DNA from: Fistulifera solaris
Taxonomy: Eukaryota
Direction: 5' to 3'
DNA: 64,000 nt
NCBI GenBank assembly: GCA_030295235.1
Contig: AP026126.1
Coordinates: 372,001-436,000 of the forward strand
A model generated the notes under the pieces. The model had not been told where the DNA came from. It ran no database searches and saw only the letters and a list, made by a program, of their open reading frames with translations. Made by a program: the position numbers and the translations under genes. Below are positions 11,367 through 22,903 of this stretch, in pieces (positions within the stretch are counted from its first letter, which is position 1; the number at the start of each line of letters is the position of its first letter).

Positions 11367-12919
11367 ATGGGACACGGCCTGCACGACAAATATTTTCCGG
11401 GACATTCACAGCCAATACCTCACATCATCACGCTTTTCTCTCGTTTCATGTGCGACTTTCAAGTGACGCAATACACATCAACATCATCATTATCGTCAAA
11501 AGACAACCTTGCCTTCGTGCGAGAAATCGAATCGATTGCGCAGATGTCGCTACGAGGACAGCCCCTGGTCGTCATTGAAGACATTCCCCTCGGTTTAGGT
11601 CCATCGTCTCGAGAACACAGCGTTTCATCGGGTAGTCGAACCACGGTTCTATCGGCGCGTTCCTACGACTTCAACAACTTGGGCAGCGATGAGATGGACG
11701 ATAATGAAGAAACGTTTCCTTATGTTGCGTTAGAAATGGAGTGGGAGGCGTTGCAGAAAAGATGCTCTCATCGAGATATGCTTTTACGTCGGATGGCCAA
11801 AACAAAAGTGCCGAATTCATGAAAATTCTCAGAAAGCGCGAGTTAAAAGTAAGAAGGCAAGAGTTTCGAAAGTTATTTTTACGGCATTTAAGAAATGAAT
11901 CTCTGTTAACCAAAGAGGACTTGAAGAACGATGACGAATCCGTTTCGAAGCATCAACGTCGAAAAGGTAAAATAGATCAGCCTGTTGCCGGCGACGACGA
12001 TACATCGTCCGAAATATGGTTCGATACTTCTTCCGAGTTGCTCCATAGATTTTCTGCAGACCCATCTGTGTGTTCTTGTGATACGAGCTATTCCAGGGGG
12101 CGAGACTGGAGTTCAAACGCGCGCGATCTGGCACTCTTCGAATGGCACACCACTGCTCCTGCTATTATGTCACTGGTTGTACACTGCTTTGGTCACGCCG
12201 CACTTTACGACGGCATTGAAATTCTATCGGAAGAATTCAAGAAGTACTGCGGATTTTATGGGTTGCATAGATGGCCAATTCGCCCTGAATCCATGGCTCT
12301 GTTCATCATGTTTATATTAGGGATGACATTGCTACGCATGTCAGGCTTCTTGTATTGGTGGCTCAACGAGAACGATTTCCTTTGCCTCAAATTCGACTAT
12401 CACAACCGTTCGAGGCTCGACTGGTGGGATGCCCGATTTTTATTGTGGATGAAGCGTCACCCGGTTTGTCAAGCTCTCTTGTATTTTGCTGGATATCAAC
12501 TCATTTTCATGGTCGTGAATGAGATTTTTTACTATTCCTTTTATCTGTTTGATCAAAGACAGACTATCCTCGAAGCCTTGCCCAGCGAACTGTTTTTTAA
12601 AAACACGGGCCGTTTTCCCGCCTCATCTACGGATACCTGCCAATCACCGGAGTCGAACACGTGCAACGAGGAGCTGGTGGTTCTCACCGATGAAACTACG
12701 GCGTTGCTGGGCCAGGATATTCGCTACTTGTGGAAAAATCTGATAGTCAGCTCGTTCGACGCATTTTGTTACGATTGGGTGACCGACCTGGCCGGCGAAG
12801 ATGAACACCCGCTTCCGCTTGTAACCCCCTTCCGAGCTGTCTCTATTTGCATTATTGCAATCGCCTTTTGCGTTGTAATTCTGAAGCACTATGGCTTTGG
12901 GGTTTTTGAAAAGTACTAA
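11367..12919 (+). CDS. Hypothetical multi-pass membrane protein
   Basis: ORFs 11367-11822 and 11741-12919 joined by a frameshift near 11800; about 4 hydrophobic segments; no family recognised. Confidence 0.6.
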
Positions 12920-12976
12920 CAACAAATCAAAAACTTAAATTAGACAACATAAGATCGAAGCGCTAGAAGCAATCAG

Positions 12977-14001
12977 TTAGTTGGATTTTACTAATGAATA
13001 AGCTGCGATGGCAGTCATAGCGGCCGTTTCGGAACGCAGAATCGTATTTCCGAGTGAAACGTTGCGAATGCGGCCTTGGCACTGTGCTTCCCAGGTGTCC
13101 ATCATTTCTTCCTCGGCTGGACTCCACCCCCTTCGGGACCTACGAGAAACATAATCGGTTCGTCCGAAAGGCGAGTGAGACCTTGGAGCGCTTCTAGGAT
13201 AGGAACCGTATCAGCCCTTTCTCGGGTTATTAGTGCATTTCCCACAGCGCTCTCTTGCCAAATTTGCAGAAAATCACGCAATACAAACGTATTTAATCCA
13301 GGATTCTGCTCTTGTTGCAACGAATGATTCATTAAAGAAGGCGCAGAGAAAATGATCGGTACATTCAATCGTTCACTTTGTTCGACAGCTTCCAAAACGT
13401 ACGATTGGACCTTGTCGAAATCGATACTCGATGCTTCGGAGTATTCCGTATCCAGAAACAGGAATCCATCCACACCGAGTTCTACCGTTTTTTCCATCAG
13501 CCATCGCAATCGTTCCTTCTTTTTCGGAGGAGCGATGCATAAAATGGAAGGTCGTGATACGGGCCCGGAGTAAATTCGTAGAGGTTCCGTACATTCGACC
13601 GTGACGAGAGGGTTCCGGCGTTTGTCTTCCAAAACAGAGACGCGTGCTAGCCATTCCGAACGCTGATCAAACACGCGTATGTCGGATTTGCGTTTGTTCC
13701 ATCTTAACACGGTAATGAGATACCGAGATTGTTCCGGTGTGAGCTCCAGGATGGCATTGGCGCGACACGACGCGGGTGCGGAGGAGAATAGTTGGGGTAG
13801 ATTGTGAATATGGGTACACGAAGTGGGTTCCGTAGGGATTGATCCCACGTAAAGGCGAGGCAGCTTGCTGTAGCCCTCGGATTTTCCAACCACTTTGTCG
13901 CTACTATTGAGCGACGAATGAAGCCGTACTTGTTGCAAAGAAGCCGTAGAACGCGTCACCGAGCAGATCCTGGGTCGCTGTGTTCTGACAACTAAGTGCA
14001 T
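12977..14001 (-). CDS. rsmE: 16S rRNA m3U1498 methyltransferase (RsmE/SPOUT family), probably organelle-targeted
   Basis: RYLITVLR, WLMEKTVELGV, EAVEQSER, FLVGPEGG and, after a frameshift near 13115, VSLGNTILRSETAA; Arg/Ser-rich presequence. Confidence 0.85.
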
Positions 14002-14558
14002 GGCATCGCTTTGAAAAGCGAACCTCCTCAGACGATTTGAGCACAGAAAAACGAGGACTGAGCGAAGTGAATTTCGTTTTCTACGACACATATACAGGCT
14101 TCTAGATCCTTTTGTTATTTCAAGTTGTGTCATAACAAAAATCGATGGTGATTCTGTTGGTTTTGTCTTAGGAGGTGAAGAAAAAATCAGCATGCTCGGA
14201 GTTTTGGTACCGGTACGTTTTGAAGTAGTTTTGATATCAACGGTCCGTTGAAAGATTTTCAACGGACAACACCCCTACCGTGTATATTTCTCGCCGTATC
14301 AACAATGACATATGACATGTTTTGAAACGAATTTCCCTCCAAGCGTTCGCACACTCCGAGCTTTGACATCTGCTGCAAAAACGGCAACTTCATTCCGGTT
14401 CAATATTCACAAGAGACGTAAAAAAAGGTAGCTGCATGAAGCGATCTTTAAAAGAATTTTTTCTTGCAAGCCCACAATCACATCTACTTCATCCGAAGCG
14501 ATATTTTCTGTTCGAACTCTTCGTTTGCCTTCTTTTCTTCTCGACTACATCTTCCGCA

Positions 14559-15095
14559 ATGACAACCTTCAGTCGCCGTCCCCAACTTTTGGTGAAAAAG
14601 CTTTCCGAGCACGCGCAATTGCCCCAACAGGGCTCAGCCGTAGCGGCCGGCTTTGATTTGTTCAGCGCCGAAGACAAGATTTTGCCCGCCGGTCAACGCG
14701 GTTTGGTCAAGACAGATCTCTCCATTGTGTGTCCCGAAGGCACGTACGGTCGCATTGCTCCCCGCTCGGGGTTGGCCTTGAAGCACGGCATTGATGTCGG
14801 AGCTGGTGTCATTGATGCGGATTATCGTGGCCCGGTCGGTATCCTTCTGTTCAATTTGAGTGACCAGGACTTTGCCATTAAACGCGGCGATCGCATTGCG
14901 CAACTCATCTTGGAACAGATTGTGATTCCCGAAATTCAGGAAGTAGAAGATTTGAGTGAAACGACGCGCGGCGCGGGTGGTTTCGGGTCGACGGGTGTAT
15001 CGTCGACCCGAGATCCGCCGGCATTGAGTCCTATGGAAATGAAAAAGCAACGTACCATTTCGCCGCAGCCTCCGGTCGATGGAAAGCCCAACTAA
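14559..15095 (+). CDS. DUT: dUTP pyrophosphatase (trimeric dUTPase)
   Basis: Motifs [41 protein letters not shown]. Confidence 0.97.
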   Translation: MTTFSRRPQLLVKKLSEHAQLPQQGSAVAAGFDLFSAEDKILPAGQRGLVKTDLSIVCPEGTYGRIAPRSGLALKHGIDVGAGVIDADYRGPVGILLFNLSDQDFAIKRGDRIAQLILEQIVIPEIQEVEDLSETTRGAGGFGSTGVSSTRDPPALSPMEMKKQRTISPQPPVDGKPN

Positions 15096-15212
15096 GGAAA
15101 ACGTCTTTCACCGACGAACTGAACCCTACGTAATGATCAAAAATGGTAAACATTATCGAATGAAATGTCTGATTTACTGTATGAAAATATTCTTCTGCGT
15201 CATTCTCGTTCA

Positions 15213-16301
15213 TTATGAATCCGACATGTATTTCAAGTATTCCTCCTTTTCCAAGAGATTCGTAATCATCTCAATCAATACATGTCTAGGCTCTAAACCA
15301 TAATGCGGCTTCATGTCGCCCTTAATTCGTTCTCCGGGCCTTGAGCGCGCCAACACAGCACCGCCCCAGTTCACGTAATTGAATCGATTGGGACGTCCGT
15401 AGAGTGTATTGTTGACACGAACTTGATCCAATTTATCCATTGTCACGTAATTTAATGTCGAAGTCTTGTTGATGATCGGTTCCTGTTGTTCGGAATATCC
15501 ACTGGTCCTCCATATCACCGCCTTTCTGGTCATGATCTGAAACTCATTCGTTAGCTCGACCAAATCGGAAACCATTTCGACGAGTGTTCGGTTTTGAAAA
15601 CCCTTCCGGCAAGCCTGCGGTCGAATCACATCCCATATTCCAATGGCAACGATAATTACATCGATATTTTCGGTTATATTGGCCCGTCCTTCCATTTCCG
15701 TTTGAAAGAAGCGCTCCACGTCCGTATGGCAAACGGCTTTTACGTAAATATGCTCTCCCTCTTCCTCGGATGTAAAATTCACCGTCCGACAGTTGTTGGG
15801 ACGAAAATCAGCTTCGATCCATTTGTTGCACTCGTGAGGACCTTTTTTGGCCGCATCAATCAATGTTGGCGATGATAATTCCTGCGGGAGGAAGCTGGAG
15901 TTTTTCCAATCCAGTAATGCATACAAATTCATCGCAGTTCGTCGCCCGGTGGAATCACCGACCCATAGTATTCTCTTTCCGCTATAAATCTGACGCAACT
16001 CATTGGGAGTATGGTATTTCCAGCCGGTGGGCGGAACCCATACATTTCCGATCCATGTACCGGTCATGTTTCGCGGTGATGGAGAAGAAGGCCGTGGAAT
16101 CGAGGTCGAATTTGAAGAATCATCGATTTGATCCGTCTCATTGAAGAGACTTTTAGATAGCATACTCCGACTTTCGTTTTGATGAAGATTGTGAAACCAT
16201 TCGAAAGGTATTAGGACCACCGAGGCCACAAGTAAAAAAATCAAGCTGCGGCTTTGTCGAGGCCGCAAAACATCGCGTAGGTACCTGTTCTCGTCAAACA
16301 T
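15213..16301 (-). CDS. Type II membrane SGNH/PC-esterase (TBL-like) protein, paralog 1
   Basis: TM anchor; ILWVGDSTGRR (GDS motif), IGIWD, VIWRT, GDMKPHYG near the C-terminus. Confidence 0.7.
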   Translation of the reverse strand: MFDENRYLRDVLRPRQSRSLIFLLVASVVLIPFEWFHNLHQNESRSMLSKSLFNETDQIDDSSNSTSIPRPSSPSPRNMTGTWIGNVWVPPTGWKYHTPNELRQIYSGKRILWVGDSTGRRTAMNLYALLDWKNSSFLPQELSSPTLIDAAKKGPHECNKWIEADFRPNNCRTVNFTSEEEGEHIYVKAVCHTDVERFFQTEMEGRANITENIDVIIVAIGIWDVIRPQACRKGFQNRTLVEMVSDLVELTNEFQIMTRKAVIWRTSGYSEQQEPIINKTSTLNYVTMDKLDQVRVNNTLYGRPNRFNYVNWGGAVLARSRPGERIKGDMKPHYGLEPRHVLIEMITNLLEKEEYLKYMSDS

Positions 16302-17597
16302 GGTGATTTTCAGGCTTTTGTTCATTAGAAGTTGAAATGCATATGATGAAAATGGCGATAGCTTCCATCGAAGCCGTTTCGCGTCGACTCCGGTGTTTTT
16401 TGTGGTCCGAGTTGACCCCTTTCGAAGCTCTGCTAGCGTGCGGTCTTTGTCATGATGGTTTTTATTTAAGGAATCTAGGCACAACGCTTGAGGACAACGC
16501 ATCAATACCTCAGATTGATGGATAGACGAGATTCACTATTTTTCAAAATGTCTGGACAGGCTTTATTGGAAATCAACTTTGATACTTATCAGTAGTTTGT
16601 GAGATTTACTAGTCCTGATTGCCGAGTGCTGAATGAGGAGTCTGTCGCCCGTCGTCATTCGCCATGAAGACAAGGTTTACATCTTACCCGTATGAGACAA
16701 GACGATCAAAGCTCACGATAGTCAAAGCCCCGCGATACGTCAAGTATGTTTCACCGTCGCACCGGACTAAACGATCTTGGACTAGTAATTGCAATCAATT
16801 TTCTAAAGAGGGAAGTGAAATCGAACAAAAGTTTGAAGGCGACTTTCATCACTGTAAATTGCAGACACTTAAGAGCTATCAGCTATCCTGGATGATCCCC
16901 CGAAACCGCGAAGAAAATTATGTGCCGACAGGCAACAGGCGACCGTGAATGAACAATTAAATATAGCCTCGAGAAACTCGGACGTGAAATTATAGGTTGA
17001 AAGAGAAAAGTAGACTTGAAGGAATGGGCTCGTCGAAACGGCGAATGCAAGCCTTTTGCTCGTTTTAAACAAGCTAGGGGTCTGCCCATTTACCTTTACC
17101 TCGTCGGCGCGTCACCTTTTACCTTCCACTCGTACTTTGAGTCCCGTTCGTTAACTAGCCAAACCGTAGTAAGTGCCTCTTGATTGACTCTAGAAACAAG
17201 TGTACACGAAGGGGTGTCAGCTTCGGCTTCTTTTGGCGGAAGGCTGTTTCGAGTTTCGAGTTTGGAGTACCAGTACTTTGTACTGTACCAGGTGTTAGCT
17301 TCCGTGTAGAAACGAGCGGTGATAGGTAGTAGGGTGACGCTAAATACGTGGAACGGCAAACTCATCGCTGTTCTGGTTGAAGCTGACGGCATGATGACGA
17401 TCGCAACAATTTCGTACTCAATTACTATAGAAATGCAACGTCAGCAATTTCTGGCCGGCTTTGACAGGTTTGCAAACAAAACGAGCTTGTGGGCCTTTGT
17501 CTTTGTCACCGCAACGCTTGCTTTGGGTGGAGATGATGAGAGGCAGTCGAGTTTGCGAATGAATAGGACTAGTCAACAAATTACTATATAATCCAAC

Positions 17598-18832
17598 ATG
17601 TCCATCCCAACGCAACAATATCCCTCGACTTATGGGGAGCCAGCGGATGAAACTGTTCTGTTAAGCTTGATCCATTCGTATGACTGGGCGGCGGCGTTAG
17701 CTCGCATTACCACCCACCCTCCGAAAGTCGTATTATTGGAGAGCAGGGGCGAACTCCTCTTCTGATTGCTTGTGATCATGATGCTCCTGCAGTAGTGGTT
17801 CATTCTCTCTTAAAGGCATTTCCCGAAGCCGCCATGATGGTGGGGAATTCGAATATGAACGCTTTGCACATTACTTGCTCGTCCAATCACGCCTCCGTGC
17901 ACGTCACTCGCATTCTGTTAGAAGCTGGAAATCCCATCGCAATGACTATGATGCATGATATTGATGGGGACACGCCTTTGCATACAGCTTGCCGGTGCGG
18001 AGCACCGATTGAAGTACTCGAAGTATTACTCCGAGCGAATCCATTGGCTGTGCACGAACGAGACTTGGAGGGCTTGACGCCACTCTTGCGATTGTGGGTG
18101 CGCTATACTGTCATTTTGGGAAATGATGCCATCGATTCGGTCAATTGTGCTGCTGATTTGCATGGTGAGCTTCTCGACGCTTGGAAAAAGACCGAACTGT
18201 TGTTGCGGTGCACACAAAGGGGGGCCTGTGATGATGACTCCTCCTCGGGACACGCCTTTCGTCCAGTACACGCCGCGTGCGCCGTAGATTGCCCACGTTC
18301 CGTTGTGAGAATAGCTGCAAGAATGTATCCGCATCAGTTAGAAGAAGTTGACGAGAAAGGCATGACACCCTTGTTAATTGCGGCCGCCGCACCTGTTTTC
18401 AAAGTTCGTGATTTGTCCGATCAGGGATACACGTTCGAGGATATTATCTACGGGGAAGAGACTTTTGATGACCAAGAACAAACGAATAAGAATGATGGCG
18501 ACACAGATGGATTCAGTCAACCGCCCGTCATTGAAATTATTCTGAATGCGAATCAAGGAGGAGCGTCCGCTTCGGCGGGCATTCCAGATTCAAAGGGACG
18601 TTTACCGCTTCACGTGGCGCTGGAATCTCAGAAAACGTGGAAAGAAGGAGTCAAACAGTTGGTAGAAGTATATCCGGAGGGTGTTTCTACAGTTGATCCT
18701 ACAACATCACTATATCCGTTCATGTTGGCTGCCAAAGGGGTTGGGGGAGATCTCACTACTATCTACGAAATATGCCGGCTGAACCCCTCGCTGATCCTGG
18801 ATGTCTACGAGAAACGGAATGGTTCTACATGA
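17598..18832 (+). CDS. Ankyrin-repeat protein
   Basis: GRTPLLIAC, MNALHITC, GDTPLHTAC, GLTPL, GMTPLLIAA, GRLPLHVAL and terminal LYPFMLAA; frameshift near 17720. Confidence 0.85.
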
Positions 18833-18895
18833 CAAGGTTTTGGGGAAAGAGATATATTTGTAAATAATATGCACGCCTATGAATAAAATTTAGAT

Positions 18896-19509
18896 CTATA
18901 TTTGAAGTAATGGTATTTCTTCCATCTCTCTTCGACTGCACAAATATTCACCCAGTACGACCATCAATATGGTACCCAGTATATGAACGATCCACCAGTC
19001 TAAAACGGTTGGGAATCCGCCGTAGAATGTGGTTAAGGTGAGATGCACTAGAAAGAGCGTCACGGAAAAGTCCAAACACTTTTTGCTTTTTTCCACAATC
19101 AGTGCCAGCAACACAGAGCTAAGAACAAGAGCAGTGAGATCGAATGTCAGGAGCATGAGAATGGATGCCGGGGAATATCGAATAGAATACGTCCTTACAT
19201 ACCCAAAAAGTGAACTCAACAATAGAGTCCAAACATCGACCCACCCCGATGGCTTCCAAATTCGAACATAATGATCGGTAAAAATCCGATCAATTGTAAT
19301 TGACTTATCGAACAACAAATAATTGATTTGGAAACAAAAATCCTAGCAAAAACATAATGGAGGCATTGAATACACACAATTTGGGTCGTGATGAGTTTCG
19401 GATGAAAGTGGGGCTCTTCGGTGCGTCGGCCGCGTCGGGGTGTTCGGACCATGGGAGCGCGAGGAGGCGTACACGAACGTGAGCGTGTGCCATTCAATCG
19501 TTCGGACAT
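18896..19509 (-). CDS. SYS1: SYS1-like Golgi integral membrane protein
   Basis: FHPKLITTQIVCIQCLHY, IVEKSKKCLDFSVTLFLVHL, WWIV, LGEYLCSRREMEEIPL; frameshift near 19330. Confidence 0.85.
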
Positions 19510-20136
19510 GTTATTGCGCTGATCGTTGGAAAAACGAGATATTTTACTTCGTTGTGAGAATAAAGAATTTCGTTTCGTTGCAACCAAACGAGCAGGTAAG
19601 GTCACGTACTTTGTACACGGGTACGGTACCGTTACCGGTAGCGAGAGCGCGATCGACGGAGGGACGGCAAGTCGGGTCACGGACAGACAAAAGAACGCTG
19701 TCGTCTCGCACAATAAGTACTGTTAAGTCAATGTTCTGCGGTGGGTGTCTCTCTTGAGTATAGAAGAAAGAGTCTCAAGAAGATACGAAGTTTGGTTGAT
19801 TTCATCGGCAGCCCGCTGCCATCTATTATTAGAGTGCAAAACGAAGGTACGTTATTGACATGCTTGTTTCGTTCGTTACCCAAGCCAGCAAACAGAAGAA
19901 ATCATTTTATATTCGAGCAAGAAATCGAGGGATCGAAGGAGAGGTTTCCACCGAAAGGCGCCGGTACGGAGCTTGATTTTCAACACGGAGATGTTGCTAC
20001 TCGTACTCCCTGTACGAGGTCCAACGGTGGTTTCGGAACCATGGCCCCCTTAACTCACATTCCTGTTCTTTTTCGGTTCAGAACCAGTTCTTCCCAAGTC
20101 AGTAACGTTTACGCATTCACGCGTGGAGAGAGAGTC

Positions 20137-20597
20137 ATGTCGGAGGCCGTGAAGGACGCAGCACCCGAAGGTGAAATGAAGAAAGAAGGAGGCCGCGGGG
20201 GCCGAGGACGTGGCGGCCGTGGAGGCAGAGGACGTGGTCGCGGAGGCCGCGGAGGACGAGGCCCTAGCGATGATTCGTCCAAAATTTGTTACCAATGCGG
20301 ACAGGCTGGTCACCTTTCGAGGGATTGTACGAACCCCCGATTGGAAGGTGACGAACGCCAAGCGATCAATCGAGCCAGGGCACAGTATCGCCGCTGCTTC
20401 AATTGTGGTAAGATGGGGCATTTGAGCGCCGATTGTACCCGTCCGGCTGGAAATCAGGCATGCTACAATTGCCAAGGAGAAGGTCATATCGGTAAGTTGA
20501 TTGAATTGTTTGATGAATTGCTTCTCGTGCTTTGGTCTCATTCGTTCGTTTGTGTCTTCCAGCCAAAGACTGCCCCAACCCGAGAGTCTCCGAATAG
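20137..20597 (+). CDS. CNBP/Gis2-like CCHC zinc-knuckle nucleic-acid-binding protein with RGG box
   Basis: RGG repeats then three CX2CX4HX4C knuckles; intron 20492-20562 (gtaagt..ccag) completes the third knuckle HIAKDCP. Confidence 0.9.
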
Positions 20598-20937
20598 TCT
20601 GAACCAGGCTTTCGTCCTAGGTACCTCTATAGGTTACACTTTTCTTTTCGTTCGACAGTCATGATCACGTAAGTGCTCCTGCAGTGCTGTGTTTTTTTAG
20701 ATTCCGGTGATCCACAAAAATATACATATGTTAGAACGGACAAGAACATGAGCGACTCCATACTTCTTTAGCTGAGGACTAATGATTCCACGGTCCAGGA
20801 AATCTTCTTGGCGGAAGCATCTCTCTCACACACCTCTTTTTTTCTACAGTCTTGTTAAAAGGTGGCCGCGTCCTTTTGTGATTTCTTTTTCAAGATTGTA
20901 TAATCTAGAATTTCAGAACTGTATTTCCTACTTAGCA

Positions 20938-22557
20938 TTAATATAGGCTGTTTTGCAAAATGTGTCGACGATTCCACGTTCGAAGCACTTCGTGCTCGGC
21001 GAAATAGGCAGCCTTTCGGCGCTCGTAAACCCCTCCATATCGGAGTTTCATTTCTCGAAGTTTCCCAAGTGTGCGCTCCAAATCATCGTCCTCCTTTGAT
21101 GGCGTTGTATTCTGATGAATCGAAAGGAAGAAGTTCATCAAGGCTGTGGTACTAACGGAGGACACAAACGTATTTCGTCCCTTTTGGCAACAGTTTCTAT
21201 TTCCCTGCTGTCCATTATCTACGATGGAAGGATCCAAGGCCCACCCGGTAGCACCATCGATGCATTCCAGAGAACCGTTGTCAATCGTTATGATCGTGGG
21301 CGATGATTCATCGGTACCAAGCCACCATGCAAAAGACAAGCTGGAGTGGAAACGCACGTCCTGGCCTGGATTGTCCGGATCCGTTTCGACAACGCCCTCC
21401 TCATCAAGATGGACGGACGTACCCATTATAACGGGATGCTTCGGTAAAATATCTTCAATGATTGTACCGACTTGAACGCAAAAGCTGCTGTCGCTAGATT
21501 CAAACAAATTGTCTTTCCGGGTTTGCTTTGCTCGATTGCATTTGGATCGTTTGAGTACATTCGACCCTACCGCACGGCAACATAGGGCGCGTCGGCATGT
21601 GATCGCACTCAGTTTTCTACCCACCGTCAACGTCTCTGGCACGATGCTTTCTTCTAGAAACGATGAAAGAAGAGAACCCTGCCACCCTAATATGTTCCAC
21701 CTCAGCATTTTGTCGGAACAAGTGTGCAGAGAACCTTTTCCTGAAAACACAGTCGTTGTGCCAGCGGGGCACCAATTCGTTTGACAGTTCGACGGCCAGG
21801 ATTGTTGCTTCGGACTTAATAATGTCATTTTTCTCTTTTGCAAAGAGATTTTCTCTTCTGTAGTGATTCTGTGTCCTTTGTCCTCTTTTAGTAGCAGAGA
21901 AAACTCTCCTTGCGACAGGGCATGTCCTGGTATATCTTCGTGATAAGGAGTTGGCCACTCATCGGGGCCTAAATCGTCTCGATACACCTCTTTTCGACAG
22001 GTTACAAAACGTTTCAGCACTGCATTACCACAGGGAGCCGATGAACTATAGGAGTGCAACGTGATTTGCGGATTCAGTTTGTACAATGGACGTTTCGTCG
22101 TATCATTGTCAGCGTCCCCCGTGGATTGAGAATTTTCAAGAATCATGCGGAACGGATCCCGCTGGGTATCTGGTTTCTTTGATTTGATATCGTTCAAGAT
22201 TTGAATAGATAAATAACGCCGCAATGCCCTCCTCGCCAAGACTTCCGCATGACAATCACGAACTCGATCCCCATACTGCGAGGGAGAAGCGGTTTCCTCC
22301 GCCAGTAAGGAATTGGAAAGAAACTTGGTACCCACTCCCATGGCAATGACCCGCAATTCTTTTGTTAAGCAATGATGCGCCACAATGGTCGCTACGCAAG
22401 TCTGTTTTTGCTCGTTGCGGAAGCTCTCTGGAACAACCTTGTGATAGTGATCGACGGATAGTTGAGCGATTCGATCCGCAAAAGCGCACGTCGAAGTGCG
22501 ACGCTTTTCGGCATGACGAACGGCGCGAGGTCGATCGCTTTGTTCCTTGTCTTGCAT
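20938..22557 (-). CDS. ADAT1/ADAR-type RNA adenosine deaminase (catalytic domain only)
   Basis: IAMGVGTK, DCHAEVLARRAL, SSAPCG, TCSDKMLRWNILGWQGSLLS; no dsRBD seen. Confidence 0.88.
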   Translation of the reverse strand: MQDKEQSDRPRAVRHAEKRRTSTCAFADRIAQLSVDHYHKVVPESFRNEQKQTCVATIVAHHCLTKELRVIAMGVGTKFLSNSLLAEETASPSQYGDRVRDCHAEVLARRALRRYLSIQILNDIKSKKPDTQRDPFRMILENSQSTGDADNDTTKRPLYKLNPQITLHSYSSSAPCGNAVLKRFVTCRKEVYRDDLGPDEWPTPYHEDIPGHALSQGEFSLLLKEDKGHRITTEEKISLQKRKMTLLSPKQQSWPSNCQTNWCPAGTTTVFSGKGSLHTCSDKMLRWNILGWQGSLLSSFLEESIVPETLTVGRKLSAITCRRALCCRAVGSNVLKRSKCNRAKQTRKDNLFESSDSSFCVQVGTIIEDILPKHPVIMGTSVHLDEEGVVETDPDNPGQDVRFHSSLSFAWWLGTDESSPTIITIDNGSLECIDGATGWALDPSIVDNGQQGNRNCCQKGRNTFVSSVSTTALMNFFLSIHQNTTPSKEDDDLERTLGKLREMKLRYGGVYERRKAAYFAEHEVLRTWNRRHILQNSLY

Positions 22558-22903
22558 CGAAAAGAAAGCAATCTGGGTGTTCAGATGACGTTTTAGGAGA
22601 GGAGGAATCCTTTTTGGTTACAACAAAAATTAGACGAATGTGATATTATTACGTGATCGGCAATCCCGGGACTGGAAATTCGTTGAGTCACCAAAAGTGC
22701 CCCTACTTTTTAACGGGCAGTAGTGTTGAATGCTGCTACGACACCATTGTTGTTACGAAGACGTCGCAAGCAAAAATTCCACACGATGAGCCACAATTCA
22801 AGTTCACGAATGTCGTTGTTGTTGTCACTGTTAGATCCATTGTTTCCATTTTCGCACGATCAAGGTTTTTTTGTGACTCTTGTAACTGGAGTGATAGCAG
22901 CGG

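Noticed and set aside
8880..15095. Endogenous virus suggested by RdRP plus nearby dUTPase
   Set aside because: The RdRP is the cellular DLDGD type, not the viral GDD palm type; the dUTPase is ordinary; no capsid, integrase or other viral genes are present.
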